NCBI GenBank assembly: GCA_033764615.1
Contig: JANRIU010000095.1
Span: forward strand, 2,774 to 66,773
Length of the DNA stretch: 64,000 nt
Source of the DNA: Gemmatimonadales bacterium
GTDB lineage: Bacteria > Gemmatimonadota > Gemmatimonadetes > Gemmatimonadales > GWC2-71-9
Direction: 5' to 3'
Shown here: piece by piece, positions 48,679 to 58,744 of the stretch
Layout of the letters: each line of letters opens with the position of its first letter
How positions within the stretch are numbered: the stretch's first letter is position 1
Program-made: the position numbers and the translations under genes
The notes under the pieces: generated by a model
Database searches by the model: none
What the model was told of the DNA's origin: nothing
Seen by the model: only the letters and a program-made list of their open reading frames with translations

Positions 48679-49415
48679 CGCTCCCCGACCTCCGCGCGCT
48701 GACTGCCGCGCGGCTCGACCTCGGCGCCACGGGCGTGAGCGTCCCGCTCCGCGCCGAGCTCGACTTCCGGCTCGCGCACGCCCGCGCGCGCGACGCCGTC
48801 GCGCGCGAGCTCGATGTGCCGGCGCTCTGCGCGGCCCTCGCCGACGCCGGCCTGCACTCGCGCACGGCGCGCAGTCGAGTCGGCGACCGGCGCGAGCACC
48901 TGCTGCGCCCCGACCTCGGCCGCCGCCTCGCGGCCGATGACGCCGCGGCGCTCGACGCGCTGAACGCGGCGGACGGCTGGGACCTCGCCTGCGTCGTCGC
49001 CGACGGGCTCGCGGCCCTGGCCGCGGAGCGTCACGCCGTTCCGCTGCTCTCCGCACTGCTGCCGTCGCTCCGCGCCGAGGGGTGGCGCATCGCGCCGATC
49101 ATCGTGGCGACGGGTGGACGCGTGGCGCTCGGCGACGACGTCGGCGAACGGCTCGGTGCGCGGCTCGTGCTGGTGCTGCTCGGCGAGCGGCCCGGCCTCG
49201 GCGCGCCCGACTCGCTCGGCGCGTACCTCACGTGGGCGCCGCGCGTCGGCACGCTGGACAGCGAGCGGAACTGCGTGTCGAACATCCGGCCCGGGGGGCT
49301 GCCGCCCGCGCAGGCGGCGATGACGCTCGGGTGGCTGCTTCGCGAGGCGCGTCGCCGCGCGGTGAGCGGCGTGACGCTCAAGGACGAGGCGGGCGAGGCG
49401 CTGCCGCCCGGCTGA
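48675..49415 (+). CDS. eutC: Ethanolamine ammonia-lyase small subunit
   Basis: 246 aa, with an ATGA overlap onto the eutB stop. It has conserved EutC elements (TAARLDLG..G, DFRLAHA.ARDAV, VADGLAA, LLGERPGL...SLGAYLT, ERNC.SNIRP.GL). Confidence 0.9.
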   Translation: MTLPDLRALTAARLDLGATGVSVPLRAELDFRLAHARARDAVARELDVPALCAALADAGLHSRTARSRVGDRREHLLRPDLGRRLAADDAAALDALNAADGWDLACVVADGLAALAAERHAVPLLSALLPSLRAEGWRIAPIIVATGGRVALGDDVGERLGARLVLVLLGERPGLGAPDSLGAYLTWAPRVGTLDSERNCVSNIRPGGLPPAQAAMTLGWLLREARRRAVSGVTLKDEAGEALPPG

Positions 49416-49438
49416 GCCGCTGGGGCACGCCGACGGCC

Positions 49439-50167
49439 TCAGCTGCCGATGCGCCGGAGCGCTTCCTCCGCGCGGGCACGGACATCCGGATGGTCGCTCG
49501 TGCGTGCCCGCTCGAGCGCGGGCGCGGCGCTCGTCGCGGCGGCGCCCCATCCACCGAGCACGATTGCCGCGCGCGTCTGGCACCAGGGATCCCCGCTCGA
49601 GACCAGTGCGGTCAGCGCCGGCAGCGCCTCGGGCACCGGTCGGCCCAGCTCGCCCAGCGCTACCGCGGCCTCGGCGCGCGCCAGCATCGGCCCCTCACCC
49701 AGCGCCCGCACGAGCGCCGGCACCGCGGGCTCGAGATGCGGCCCGAGGCGCGCGAGCGCGAGCGCCGCCCAGAACTGGCGCGCGGTATCCGGCAGCGCCG
49801 CCGCGAGCGGTGGCACGGCGGCCGCCCCCACCCGGCCGAGCGCCGCGGCGACGCGTGACCGCGCGAAGCGGTCGCTGGTGAAGAGCGCATCGACGAGCGC
49901 GGGGACGGCCGGCGCGGCCCCGGCCCCCATGCGGCCGAGCGCCTCCGCCGCCCAGTAGCGGCGCTCATGCACGGGGTCGCCGAGGAGCGGCACCAGCGCC
50001 GGGATCGCGTCGGCGGCGAGCGCGGCGAGCGAGTCGGCGGCGGCCTGACGCGCGGTGTTGGCGGGATCGGCGAAGCGGGCGATGAGCGCCGCGACGCGGT
50101 CGCCCTGCGCGGCGAGCGGCGCGGGCAGGACACCCGCGAGTGCGAGGAGCAGGAGGGTGCGACGCAT
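49439..50167 (-). CDS. Secreted HEAT-repeat protein
   Basis: 242-aa ORF with a signal peptide ([17 protein letters not shown]). It has repeated about 30-aa HEAT/PBS-lyase-like units (A.PALV.AL.D....R..AA.ALG..G). Confidence 0.75.
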   Translation of the reverse strand: MRRTLLLLALAGVLPAPLAAQGDRVAALIARFADPANTARQAAADSLAALAADAIPALVPLLGDPVHERRYWAAEALGRMGAGAAPAVPALVDALFTSDRFARSRVAAALGRVGAAAVPPLAAALPDTARQFWAALALARLGPHLEPAVPALVRALGEGPMLARAEAAVALGELGRPVPEALPALTALVSSGDPWCQTRAAIVLGGWGAAATSAAPALERARTSDHPDVRARAEEALRRIGS

Positions 50168-50246
50168 GCGCGGATGCTACTCGGTGCGCGGGCCGGCGGT
50201 TCCATCCGTCGCTGACAGCGCCTGCCCCGCCCCCTACCTTCCGCAG

Positions 50247-51905
50247 ATGCCCCCCGAGCCCGGTCCCCGCGTCGTCCGCGCGCCGCGCGGCGCCGACCGC
50301 TCCTGCCGCACGTGGCAGGCGGAGGCGGCGCTCCGCCTCCTGATGAACAACCTCGACCCCGACGTCGCCGAGCGGCCCGACGACCTCGTCGTGTACGGCG
50401 GCCGGGGACAGGCGGTGCGCTCATGGGCCGCGTTCGACGCCATCGTCGCCACGCTCCGCGACCTCGCCCCGGACGAGACGCTGCTCGTGCAGTCGGGGAA
50501 GCCGGTCGGCGTCGTGCGCACCCATGCGGAGGCGCCGCGCGTGCTGATCGCCAACAGCAACCTCGTGCCCCACTGGGCCACGCAGGCGCACTTCGACGCG
50601 CTCTGCGCCCAAGGGCTCATGATGTACGGCCAGATGACGGCCGGCAGCTGGATCTACATCGGCACGCAGGGCATCGTGCAGGGCACGTACGAGACGTTCG
50701 CCGAGTGCGGGCGCCGGCACTTTGGCGGCTCGCTCGCCGGGCGGCTGGTGGTGACGGCGGGGTGCGGCGGCATGGGCGGGGCCCAGCCGCTCGCGGCGGT
50801 GATGGCGGGCGGCACGTGCCTGATCGCCGACGTCGACGCGACGCGGCTCGAACGCCGCGTGCACGACCGCTACCTCGACACGGTCGCGCCGACGGTCGAC
50901 GCCGCGATCACCGCCGCGATGGGCCACGCCGAGCGGGGCGAGGCGGTGTCGGTGGGCGTGTGCGCGAATGCGACCGAACTGCTGCAGCGGCTCGTGCAGC
51001 GGCATGTGACGCCCGACGTGCTCACCGACCAGACGAGCGCGCACGACGAACTCAGCTACGTCCCCGACGACCTGCCGCTCGCCGCCGCCGTCGCCCTGCG
51101 CGCGGACGACCCCGCGGCGTACGCGCGCCGGGCGCGCGCGACGATGGCACGGCATGTCCGCCTCATGCTGCAGCTCATGCACCGCGGTGCCGCCACCTTC
51201 GACTACGGCAACAACCTGCGCCAGCGCGCGCGCGACGAGGGCGTGGAGGAGGCGTTCGCCTTCCCGGGCTTCGTGCCCGCGTACATCCGGCCGCAGTTCA
51301 GCGTGGGGCGCGGGCCGTTCCGCTGGGTGGCGCTCTCGGGCGACCCGGACGACATCCGCGCCACGGACGATGCGCTCCTCGCGCTCTTCCCGGAGGACGC
51401 GGGGCTCGCGCGCTGGCTCCACCTCGCCCGCGAGCGGATCGCGTTCCAGGGGCTCCCGGCGCGCATCTGCTGGCTCGGGCAGGGAGCGCGCGCGCGGGCG
51501 GGGCTGCTGTTCAACCGGCTCGTCGCCGAGGGGCGGGTGCGCGCGCCGATCGCCATCGGGCGGGACCACCTGGACTGCGGCTCCGTCGCGTCGCCCAACC
51601 GCGAGACGGAGGCGATGCGTGACGGCACCGACGCGGTGAGCGACTGGGCGCTGCTCAACGCGATGGTGAACGTCGCGAGCGGCGCCAGCTGGGTGAGCTT
51701 CCACCACGGCGGCGGCGTCGGGATCGGCTTCAGCCAGCACGCCGGCCAGGTGGTGGTGGCCGACGGCACGCCGGAGGCCGCGGCGCGACTCGAGCGCGTG
51801 CTGACCAACGATCCCGCCCTCGGCGTCTTCCGCCACGCCGACGCCGGCTACGACGACGCGGTGGCCTGCGCGGCGCGTGAGGGGCTGCGGCGGCCGCTCG
51901 CGTGA
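50247..51905 (+). CDS. hutU: Urocanate hydratase
   Basis: ORF trimmed to MPPEPGP, giving 552 aa. It has HutU motifs ([73 protein letters not shown]). Confidence 0.95.
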   Translation: MPPEPGPRVVRAPRGADRSCRTWQAEAALRLLMNNLDPDVAERPDDLVVYGGRGQAVRSWAAFDAIVATLRDLAPDETLLVQSGKPVGVVRTHAEAPRVLIANSNLVPHWATQAHFDALCAQGLMMYGQMTAGSWIYIGTQGIVQGTYETFAECGRRHFGGSLAGRLVVTAGCGGMGGAQPLAAVMAGGTCLIADVDATRLERRVHDRYLDTVAPTVDAAITAAMGHAERGEAVSVGVCANATELLQRLVQRHVTPDVLTDQTSAHDELSYVPDDLPLAAAVALRADDPAAYARRARATMARHVRLMLQLMHRGAATFDYGNNLRQRARDEGVEEAFAFPGFVPAYIRPQFSVGRGPFRWVALSGDPDDIRATDDALLALFPEDAGLARWLHLARERIAFQGLPARICWLGQGARARAGLLFNRLVAEGRVRAPIAIGRDHLDCGSVASPNRETEAMRDGTDAVSDWALLNAMVNVASGASWVSFHHGGGVGIGFSQHAGQVVVADGTPEAAARLERVLTNDPALGVFRHADAGYDDAVACAAREGLRRPLA

Positions 51906-52819
51906 TCCCGCACGTCGCCCCGGCCACGTGGCACGTCGCGCCGCGTCCCGGCTCGTTCGCGGCCGCGCTCCGCAGCGACGCGCCCGACGGCTGCCGCGTC
52001 GCGCTGCTCGGCTGCCCGGACGACGAGGGTGTGCGCCTGAACGGCGGTCGGGTCGGCGCCGGCCGCGGGCCGACGGCGCTGCGCGATGCGCTGGCGCGCT
52101 ATGGCGTGCAGGACGCGGCGGCGCTCGGCCCGGCGGCGTGGCCCGCCGTCTTCGACGCCGGCAACGTCGTCGCCGCCGACACCCTCGCGGCGACGCACGC
52201 CCGCGTGGAGGCCGCCGCCGATGCGCTGCACGCCCGCGGCCTGCTCGTCATCGGCCTGGGCGGCGGGCACGACCTCACGCTGCCGCTCGCGCGCGCGGCC
52301 TCGCGCGCCGCGCGTGCCGCCGACCCCGCGCGCTCCGTCCACCTCGCGTACCTCGACGCCCACCTGGATGTCCGCCCGGAGCCGGGCAGCGGCATGGCGG
52401 TGCGCCGCCTGCTGGAGGAGCGTGCCATCACGAGCGCCGCCGTGCACGGGCTCGACCCGTTCGTGACCACGCGCGAACAGCTGCGCTGGTTCACCAGCCA
52501 CGGCGGCCGCGTCGACGAGGCGCTGCGGCCGCCCGAGCCCGGTGTCGCGCTCTACCTCAGCGTCGACCTCGACGTGCTCGACGCCGCGCACGCGCCGGCC
52601 GTGAGCGCCATGCACCCGGACGGCTGGACGCCCGCGCGCGCCGCCGCCGCGTGCCGGGCTGCCGGCCGCCAGCCCGACCTCGTCGGCGCGGACATCATGG
52701 AGCTGAACGGCGCGCTCGACACCGACGGCCGCACGGCGCGCCTCGCCGCGCACCTCCTGCTGCAGCTGCTCCTCGGCATCGCCGAGCGGGAGGCGGACGC
52801 CGCCGGTGCCGCGCGCTGA
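51902..52819 (+). CDS. hutG: Formimidoylglutamase (arginase/ureohydrolase family)
   Basis: 305-aa ORF. Its GTG start overlaps the hutU stop (GTGA). It has ureohydrolase metal-binding motifs ([22 protein letters not shown]). The hut operon context supports the call. Confidence 0.8.
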   Translation: MIPHVAPATWHVAPRPGSFAAALRSDAPDGCRVALLGCPDDEGVRLNGGRVGAGRGPTALRDALARYGVQDAAALGPAAWPAVFDAGNVVAADTLAATHARVEAAADALHARGLLVIGLGGGHDLTLPLARAASRAARAADPARSVHLAYLDAHLDVRPEPGSGMAVRRLLEERAITSAAVHGLDPFVTTREQLRWFTSHGGRVDEALRPPEPGVALYLSVDLDVLDAAHAPAVSAMHPDGWTPARAAAACRAAGRQPDLVGADIMELNGALDTDGRTARLAAHLLLQLLLGIAEREADAAGAAR

Positions 52820-54029
52820 CCTCGTCATCCGCGATGCGCGCGTCGTCTCGCTCGCGACCGGTCCGCGGCCGCGGCGCGGCGCGGCGATGCGCGAACTCGG
52901 CGTCGTGCCGCGGGCGGACGTGGTGGTCCGCGGCGACACGATCGATGCCGTGCTCCCGCGCTACGAGGGCGCGGCCGCGCGCGAGCTCGACGCCCGCGGG
53001 CGCGTGCTCCTGCCGGGCCTCGTCGACTGCCACACGCACGCCTGCTGGACCGGCAGCCGCGTCGACGAGTGGGAGCGCACCCTCGCGGGCGCGACGTACC
53101 TGGAGGTGCAGGCCGCCGGCGGCGGCATCATGGCGACCGTGCGCGCCGTGCGTGCCGCCCCGTGCGACGCGCTCGCCGACGCCACCCGACGGCGGCTCGA
53201 CGCGATGCTGGCCCACGGCGCGACGACGATCGAGGTGAAGACGGGCTACGGCCTCACCGCCGAGGGCGAGCTGCACATGCTGGCGGCGATCCGCGCCGCC
53301 GCCGGGGGCTTCCCGGGCACCGTGGTCCCGACCGCGCTGCTGGGCCACGCCATCGACCCCGAGCGGCGCCGCTTCCTCGACGAGACGACCGGCGCCACGC
53401 TGGACGCCATCCACGCCGCCGCGCCCGGCATCGCGATCGATGCCTTCTGCGAGCGCGGCGCGTGGTCGGTCGACGACACCTCGCGCCTGCTCGCACGCGC
53501 CCGGGCGCTGGGCCACCCCGTGCGCGTGCATGCCGACCAGTTCACGTCGCTCGGCATGGTGGAGGCCGCGCTCGGCCTCGGCGCCGCGAGCGTCGACCAT
53601 CTCGAGGCGAGCACGCCCGCCACGCTCGCCCGCCTCGCCGCGTCGTCGGCGATCGCGGTGCTGCTCCCCGCCTGCGGCTTCCACCTCGACGGCCGCTTTG
53701 CCGACGGCCGCTCGCTGGTGGACCGGGGCGCCGCCGTCGCGGTCGCGAGCAACGCGAACCCCGGCTCGGCGCCGGGGGGCAGCCTGCCGTTCGCGCTGGC
53801 ACTCGCGGTGCGCCACAACCGGCTCACCGCCGCGGAGGCGCTCACCGCCGCGACCGTCAACGCCGCCTGCGTGCTGGGCCTCGATGATCGCGGGAGCATC
53901 GCGCCGGGGCAGCGGGCCGACCTGCTGCTGCTCGATACCGACGACGAGCGGGAGCTGGCCTGGGCCGCCGGCCTGCCCCCCGTGCGAACGGTGGTGGCGG
54001 GCGGGCGCGTGGTGCGCACCGCCGCCTGA
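52806..54029 (+). CDS. hutI: Imidazolonepropionase
   Basis: 407-aa ORF overlapping hutG by 14 nt. It has PGLVDCHTH, GGGI..TV.A.R, TT.EVK.GYGL, HADQF and NANPGS. Confidence 0.9.
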   Translation: MPRADLVIRDARVVSLATGPRPRRGAAMRELGVVPRADVVVRGDTIDAVLPRYEGAAARELDARGRVLLPGLVDCHTHACWTGSRVDEWERTLAGATYLEVQAAGGGIMATVRAVRAAPCDALADATRRRLDAMLAHGATTIEVKTGYGLTAEGELHMLAAIRAAAGGFPGTVVPTALLGHAIDPERRRFLDETTGATLDAIHAAAPGIAIDAFCERGAWSVDDTSRLLARARALGHPVRVHADQFTSLGMVEAALGLGAASVDHLEASTPATLARLAASSAIAVLLPACGFHLDGRFADGRSLVDRGAAVAVASNANPGSAPGGSLPFALALAVRHNRLTAAEALTAATVNAACVLGLDDRGSIAPGQRADLLLLDTDDERELAWAAGLPPVRTVVAGGRVVRTAA

Positions 54030-54107
54030 CAGCGCGCCCATCGGGCCGTGACACGATGTTGACGGTGTGTGTAGAGCTTTGCCGCTTCCCTGCCTGCCGA
54101 GCGCACC

Positions 54108-54935
54108 ATGTGGTCCCCCGAGGAAGCGCCGCCCGAGCGCATCCAGTGCTTCAAGTGCGGCACGGTGGTGCCGATCGGCGAAGCCGTCGACTACCTCGAC
54201 CAGCTCTGGTGCCCGAGCTGCTCCACGGCGGAGTACGAGTACCGCCGCCGGATCCGCTCGCGCACGCACCGGATGCTCGTCGGCGCCATGTCGGATGCAC
54301 CGCCGAGCGAGCGGCCGTGGGCCGGCCTCGACGGCGACGGGGACGGCGACACCGCGGTACCCGCGATCACGCTCCCGCGCGAGCCCGAGCGGCCGGTCGC
54401 GGAGCCGGTGGCTGCCGCGGCGACGGCCGTGCCGCCGCGGACGCCCGATGCACCGGCGCCCGCGGTGACGCCTGCGCCGCGCACGGGCGAGTCGACGAAG
54501 GGGCTGGAGGAGGACGCGGCGGCACTCCGGCGCCTGCTGCAGGGGCTGCTTGCCGAGCAGGCGCTGCGCGGGCTGCTCCGCGCCATCAACGACGAGCGGT
54601 GGGACGAGGTGGCCGGCGCGCTCGCCACGCACGTGCGGCTCGACCTGTCGGCCTTCTCGGGCGACGCGCCGGCCGACCTGCCGGCGGGCACCGTACCGGC
54701 CGTGCTGCGCGACCGGCTCGCCGGCGGCGGGCGGACGCGCCTGCTGCTCACGGACGTCGCGCCCCTGGTGGACGGCCGCCGCGCGCGCCTGGTGGGCGAC
54801 CTCGTGGCGGTGAGCGCGACGCGCACGCCCGCGGGCGGCGCGGAGCGTTGGAGCGTCGGCACGCTCGAGGCGACGCTCGCCCGCCGCGGCAGCGGTTGGG
54901 CCATCGACGCACTGCGCCTCGCCCTCACCCCCTGA
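54108..54935 (+). CDS. Hypothetical protein: N-terminal zinc ribbon, disordered Pro/Ala linker, C-terminal NTF2/SnoaL-like domain
   Basis: 275-aa ORF with CFKCG...CPSC (a C-x2-C...C-x2-C pattern). The NTF2-like call for the C-terminal part (about 120 aa) is a weak impression only. Confidence 0.5.
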   Translation: MWSPEEAPPERIQCFKCGTVVPIGEAVDYLDQLWCPSCSTAEYEYRRRIRSRTHRMLVGAMSDAPPSERPWAGLDGDGDGDTAVPAITLPREPERPVAEPVAAAATAVPPRTPDAPAPAVTPAPRTGESTKGLEEDAAALRRLLQGLLAEQALRGLLRAINDERWDEVAGALATHVRLDLSAFSGDAPADLPAGTVPAVLRDRLAGGGRTRLLLTDVAPLVDGRRARLVGDLVAVSATRTPAGGAERWSVGTLEATLARRGSGWAIDALRLALTP

Positions 54936-55085
54936 GCGACCGCCGACCGTCGGATTGCTCGATTCCCTCGCGGAATGCGGCGTCGTCACGCGCTCGATAC
55001 ACGACAGTCACCCTTCGGTGATTCCCGAGGGCAACTTCCCGCCGTTCGTTCCGTTGACATCGCTCATCACGCAAGAGAGGACCTC

Positions 55086-56561
55086 GTGCGCCGCCTCACC
55101 CAGGGCGCGGCCGCCATCGCCATGATGGCGCTCGCCGCCTGTTCGTCCGACCGCGCCACCGAACCGCAGCTCACGCCCACCGACGACAAGGCCGCCGAGT
55201 CCGCGGTCGGCTGGGCCGTCCGCGTCACCAACAGCAATGACGACGGCCCGGGCTCGCTCCGCGCCGCGATCGCCGTCGTCAACGGCAGCACGCGCACGAG
55301 CGTCATCCAGTTCGATGCCGGCCTCGCGCCGATCCTGCTGCTCTCGCCGGTCACCTACACCGGGCCGCAGCCGCTCACGCTGCTTGGCCGCGGCGTCGTG
55401 CTGGACGGCACCAGCACCGGCGGCGACGTGTTCGTCGCCACGGGCGGCGGGAACCTGACGCTGCAGGACATCACCGTGCAGAAGGGGACGCGCCACGGCG
55501 TGCTGATCCTCGTGCCCGCCACGCGCACCGGCACGCAGTCGCTGCGGCTCGCGAATGCCCACATCCTCGACAACCGGCTCCACGGCGTCTACATGCAGGA
55601 CCAGGTGCTCGACCCGGCGCTCGTGGTCGACCAGGCGCCGAACGCGTTCGACAGCCCGGCGAGCCTGCAGGTGACGGTGGTCGGCGGCAGCGTGCTGCGC
55701 AACGGCCTGGCGCCCGGGCGCTCGGACTTCGACGGCATCCGCATCAACGAGGGCGGCGCCGGCGACCTCCGCTTCAGCATCAGCGGCACCGTCGTGAAGT
55801 TCAACGGCGCGGACGGCATCGAGACCGACGAGCGGGGCACCGGCTCCGTCATCGCGTCGGCCTCCAGCACCACGTTCGACCAGAACGGCCCGAACGACCC
55901 GCTCGACCCGGATGACGGCTGGGACATCGACGAGGCGGGCGAGGGCGACATCAACGCGACGGTGTCGGGCAGCACGTTCAACGGCAACTTCGATGAGGGG
56001 CTCGACGTGACCGAGCTCGATGGCGGCAGCATCCTCGCCAGCGTCACCGACGTCGTCGCCAACGGGAACACGGACGAAGGCGTCAAGTTCACCGAGAGCG
56101 CCGGCGGCGACCTGACGGTGAACCTCACCCGCGTGACGAACAACGACACGGTGGAGGAGGAGGGGATCCAGGTCGAGGAGCTCGGCGAGGGGAACGTCGT
56201 CGTGACCTTCACCGACGTGACGGCACTGCGCAACGGCGCGAGCCATCCCTCGGCGGAGATCAAGGAGAACATCGACATCCGCGAGCGGGACGGCGGCAAC
56301 CTGACGGCCACGTGGCTGCGGGTGGCGGCGAACGCGAGCGCAAACGACGATGGCGCGGTGATCGACGAGCGCGGTGCCGGCAACCTCTCGGCGTCCATCA
56401 CCAGCTCGGAGTTCCGGAACAACGCGCTGCAGTCGCTGGAGCTGCGGGAGTCGGACGCCGGCACGGGCGCGGCCACGCTCACCAGCGTGATCCGCACCGG
56501 CAACCTCGTCAGCGACGCCGTGCGCAACACCGGCGGCGTGACGATCACGATCGTGCCGTAG
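55086..56561 (+). CDS. Acidic lipoprotein with right-handed parallel beta-helix repeats
   Basis: ORF trimmed to a GTG at 55086 (GAGAGG RBS), giving MRRLTQGAAAIAMMALAAC (lipobox). It has more than 8 degenerate repeats of about 30 aa (..N.ADGIE.DE.G.G.L......), very rich in Asp/Glu/Asn/Gly. Confidence 0.65.
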   Translation: MRRLTQGAAAIAMMALAACSSDRATEPQLTPTDDKAAESAVGWAVRVTNSNDDGPGSLRAAIAVVNGSTRTSVIQFDAGLAPILLLSPVTYTGPQPLTLLGRGVVLDGTSTGGDVFVATGGGNLTLQDITVQKGTRHGVLILVPATRTGTQSLRLANAHILDNRLHGVYMQDQVLDPALVVDQAPNAFDSPASLQVTVVGGSVLRNGLAPGRSDFDGIRINEGGAGDLRFSISGTVVKFNGADGIETDERGTGSVIASASSTTFDQNGPNDPLDPDDGWDIDEAGEGDINATVSGSTFNGNFDEGLDVTELDGGSILASVTDVVANGNTDEGVKFTESAGGDLTVNLTRVTNNDTVEEEGIQVEELGEGNVVVTFTDVTALRNGASHPSAEIKENIDIRERDGGNLTATWLRVAANASANDDGAVIDERGAGNLSASITSSEFRNNALQSLELRESDAGTGAATLTSVIRTGNLVSDAVRNTGGVTITIVP

Positions 56562-56585
56562 CGGCGGGAGCCGGGGTCCGGGAGC

Positions 56586-56607
56586 CCGGGGGCGCGATCG
56601 CCCCCGG
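56586..56607. terminator. Bidirectional GC hairpin between convergent genes
   Basis: CCGGGGGCG-CGAT-CGCCCCCGG gives a 9-bp stem. It lies between the stops at 56561 (+) and 56618 (-). Confidence 0.5.
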
Positions 56608-56617
56608 CCTCCGGCCC

Positions 56618-57901
56618 TCAGCCGACCTTCATGCCCGGGAACGGCTCCTGGATGCCGACGCTCAGGTCGGTGAAGAACCGGGGGCCGTTCTCCGTCACCA
56701 CCAGGCAGTCCTCGAAGCGGACGCCGAACTCGCCGTAGATGGCGATCGTCGGCTCGTCCGAGAAGCACATCCCCGGCTGCAGCCGGGTCATGTTCCCCTT
56801 CACGAAGTTGGTCCACTCGTGGCCGTCCATGCCGATGCCGTGGCCGGTCCGGTGCGGGAGGCCGGGCAGCTTGTAGCCCGGGCCGAAGCCCGCCGCCTCG
56901 ATCACGCCGCGCGCCGCGCGGTCCACCGCATCGCACGTGTTGCCGACGCGCACCGCGGCGGCCGCCGCGTTCTGCGCCCGCTGCTCCAGCGCCCAGATCT
57001 CGCGCTGGCGCGCCGTCGGCGCGCCGAACACCACGGTGCGCGTGACGTCCGACTGGTACCCCTCCACGCTGCAGCCGATGTCCATCAGCACCGTGTCTCC
57101 CTCGCGCAGCAGGCGCGGCTTCGTCGTCCCGTGCGGGAATGCCGAGGCCTCGCCGAAGAGCACCAGCGCCCACGGGTTGGACCCGCCGAGCTTCCGGTGC
57201 GCCGCGCCGAACAGGCCCGACACCTCCTCGGGCGCCATCCCCTCCTTGAGCTTCGGCAGCACCTCGCGGAACGCGCCGACGGTGACGTCGTTCGCCGCCT
57301 GCAGGAGTGCCAGCTCCGCCGGCGACTTGAACATGCGGCAGCCGGCCGTCACCGCATCGGCGCTCACGACCTGGACGCCGGGCGCGGCGAGCCGCACCCC
57401 GTCGGCGATGAAGAAGCGGACCCGCTCCTCCACGCCGAGCTTGCCCGTCTTCATGCCGCGGTCGGCGAGGATGCGCGCCACCTGGCGGTACGGCGACTCG
57501 TCCTCCTGCCAGACGCGCACGTCCGCCTGCTCGCCCGTGAGCTCGCGCGCGCGCGCCTCCTCGAACGCGGGGCAGACCCACGCGGGCTCGCCGCGCGCCG
57601 GCAGCACGAGCAGGAACGGCCGCTCCGAGAGCCCCCAGCGCACGCCCGCGAAGTACGACATGCTCGTGCCCGGCTCGAGCAGGATCGCGCCGAGGCCGTT
57701 CTCGCGCATGAGGCGCCGCGCCTTCTCCACGCGCTGGGCGCGCTCCTCGGCGGTGATCGGCTGGGGGGCGGCGCGGCCGGCGGCCGCCGGCCGGGGGCCG
57801 GGAGCGTGGCGCTCGTCGGCGGCGGCGAGGGGAGGCATCGCGGCGCCCAGCAGGCTGGCGGCGAGCGTCGCGGAGAAGTCGCGGCGGGAGAGATCGGACA
57901 T
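56618..57901 (-). CDS. M24 family metallopeptidase (Xaa-Pro dipeptidase/aminopeptidase-like) with a Tat signal
   Basis: 427-aa ORF with an N-terminal SRRDFSATLAASLLGAAMPPLAAA twin-arginine signal. It has M24 metal ligand motifs (DIGCSVEGYQSDVTRT, HRTGHGIGMDGHE, FSDEP, RFED). Confidence 0.85.
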   Translation of the reverse strand: MSDLSRRDFSATLAASLLGAAMPPLAAADERHAPGPRPAAAGRAAPQPITAEERAQRVEKARRLMRENGLGAILLEPGTSMSYFAGVRWGLSERPFLLVLPARGEPAWVCPAFEEARARELTGEQADVRVWQEDESPYRQVARILADRGMKTGKLGVEERVRFFIADGVRLAAPGVQVVSADAVTAGCRMFKSPAELALLQAANDVTVGAFREVLPKLKEGMAPEEVSGLFGAAHRKLGGSNPWALVLFGEASAFPHGTTKPRLLREGDTVLMDIGCSVEGYQSDVTRTVVFGAPTARQREIWALEQRAQNAAAAAVRVGNTCDAVDRAARGVIEAAGFGPGYKLPGLPHRTGHGIGMDGHEWTNFVKGNMTRLQPGMCFSDEPTIAIYGEFGVRFEDCLVVTENGPRFFTDLSVGIQEPFPGMKVG

Positions 57902-57943
57902 GGGCGGACCGTCGTGGAGTGGAGACGCGCGCAGCGCGGACGC

Positions 57944-58744
57944 TCAACGATACGCGGGAGGCAGCAGCCGCGAAGGGCGCGGCGCCACGGGCCTGTCGGC
58001 CCCGGGTGCGGCGTCGGTGGCGTACGCCGCGTCCGGCGGCGCGTCGCCCCGCGGGTAGTCCCGGTGCTTGCGGGGGAAGTCCTGCCGCGGCTGCGCGTTG
58101 ATGTACGCCGCCACGTCATGTGCCTGCTGCGGCGTCAGCGAGCCCGGCCGGTCGAACGGCATGTTGGCCTGGATGAACGCCGCGGCGGTGTAGAGCCGCG
58201 CCATCCCGGCGCCGATGTTGTACGCGCCCGCACCCCACACGGCCGTGGCGAGCGCCGTCCCCGCGCCGTCGGCGCCGTGGCAGCGCGCGCACTCGGCGGC
58301 ATAGAGCGCGCGGCCCCGCGCCGTGTCAGGCACGAGCGGCGCGAGCCGCCGCGTCCCCGCGCCGATCGCCTCCGGGCCCGCGCCCGCCGGCTGCGCGAGC
58401 GTGCCGAAGTACGCGACGATGTCCCGCATGTCACGGCCCCCGGGCGGCAGCGCACGCCCCGCGAGGGAGCGCTCGATGCAGCCGTTCACGCGCGCCTCGA
58501 TCGACACCTCGCGCGCCTCGCGCGGGCGCACCTGCGGGTAGCGCCCGAGCACCCCCACCCACGGCATCGCATGGGGCCGCCGCCCGTCGTCCAGGTGGCA
58601 GCTCGTGCAGCGCAGCGCATTGCCGACGTGGCCGGGAAGGCTGTCCTTCGTGGCGGTGAGGAGCGCGCGGCCGCGGACCGGATCGCCCGGCGGCGGCGCG
58701 GGCGGCGGGCCACCCGCGAGCGCCGCCCACACCAGCAGGATCAC
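57944..58744 (-). CDS. Diheme c-type cytochrome, TsdA (thiosulfate dehydrogenase)-like
   Basis: This is the C-terminal 266 aa of the 443-aa fused ORF. Its GTG start overlaps the upstream stop (GTGA). It has two CxxCH sites (CTSCH, CARCH) and a Cys in RVNGCIERS between them (candidate heme ligand). The second half, VWGAGAYNIGAGMARLYTAAAFIQANMPF...LTPQQAHDVAAYI, resembles TsdA/SoxA-type cytochromes as I recall them. Confidence 0.7.
   Translation of the reverse strand: MILLVWAALAGGPPPAPPPGDPVRGRALLTATKDSLPGHVGNALRCTSCHLDDGRRPHAMPWVGVLGRYPQVRPREAREVSIEARVNGCIERSLAGRALPPGGRDMRDIVAYFGTLAQPAGAGPEAIGAGTRRLAPLVPDTARGRALYAAECARCHGADGAGTALATAVWGAGAYNIGAGMARLYTAAAFIQANMPFDRPGSLTPQQAHDVAAYINAQPRQDFPRKHRDYPRGDAPPDAAYATDAAPGADRPVAPRPSRLLPPAYR

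Noticed and set aside
55060-55086. TTGACA hexamer upstream of the beta-helix lipoprotein gene as a sigma-70 -35 box
   Set aside because: There is no acceptable -10 hexamer at 16-19 nt spacing, and the hexamer is too close to the GTG start to leave room for a standard promoter plus leader.
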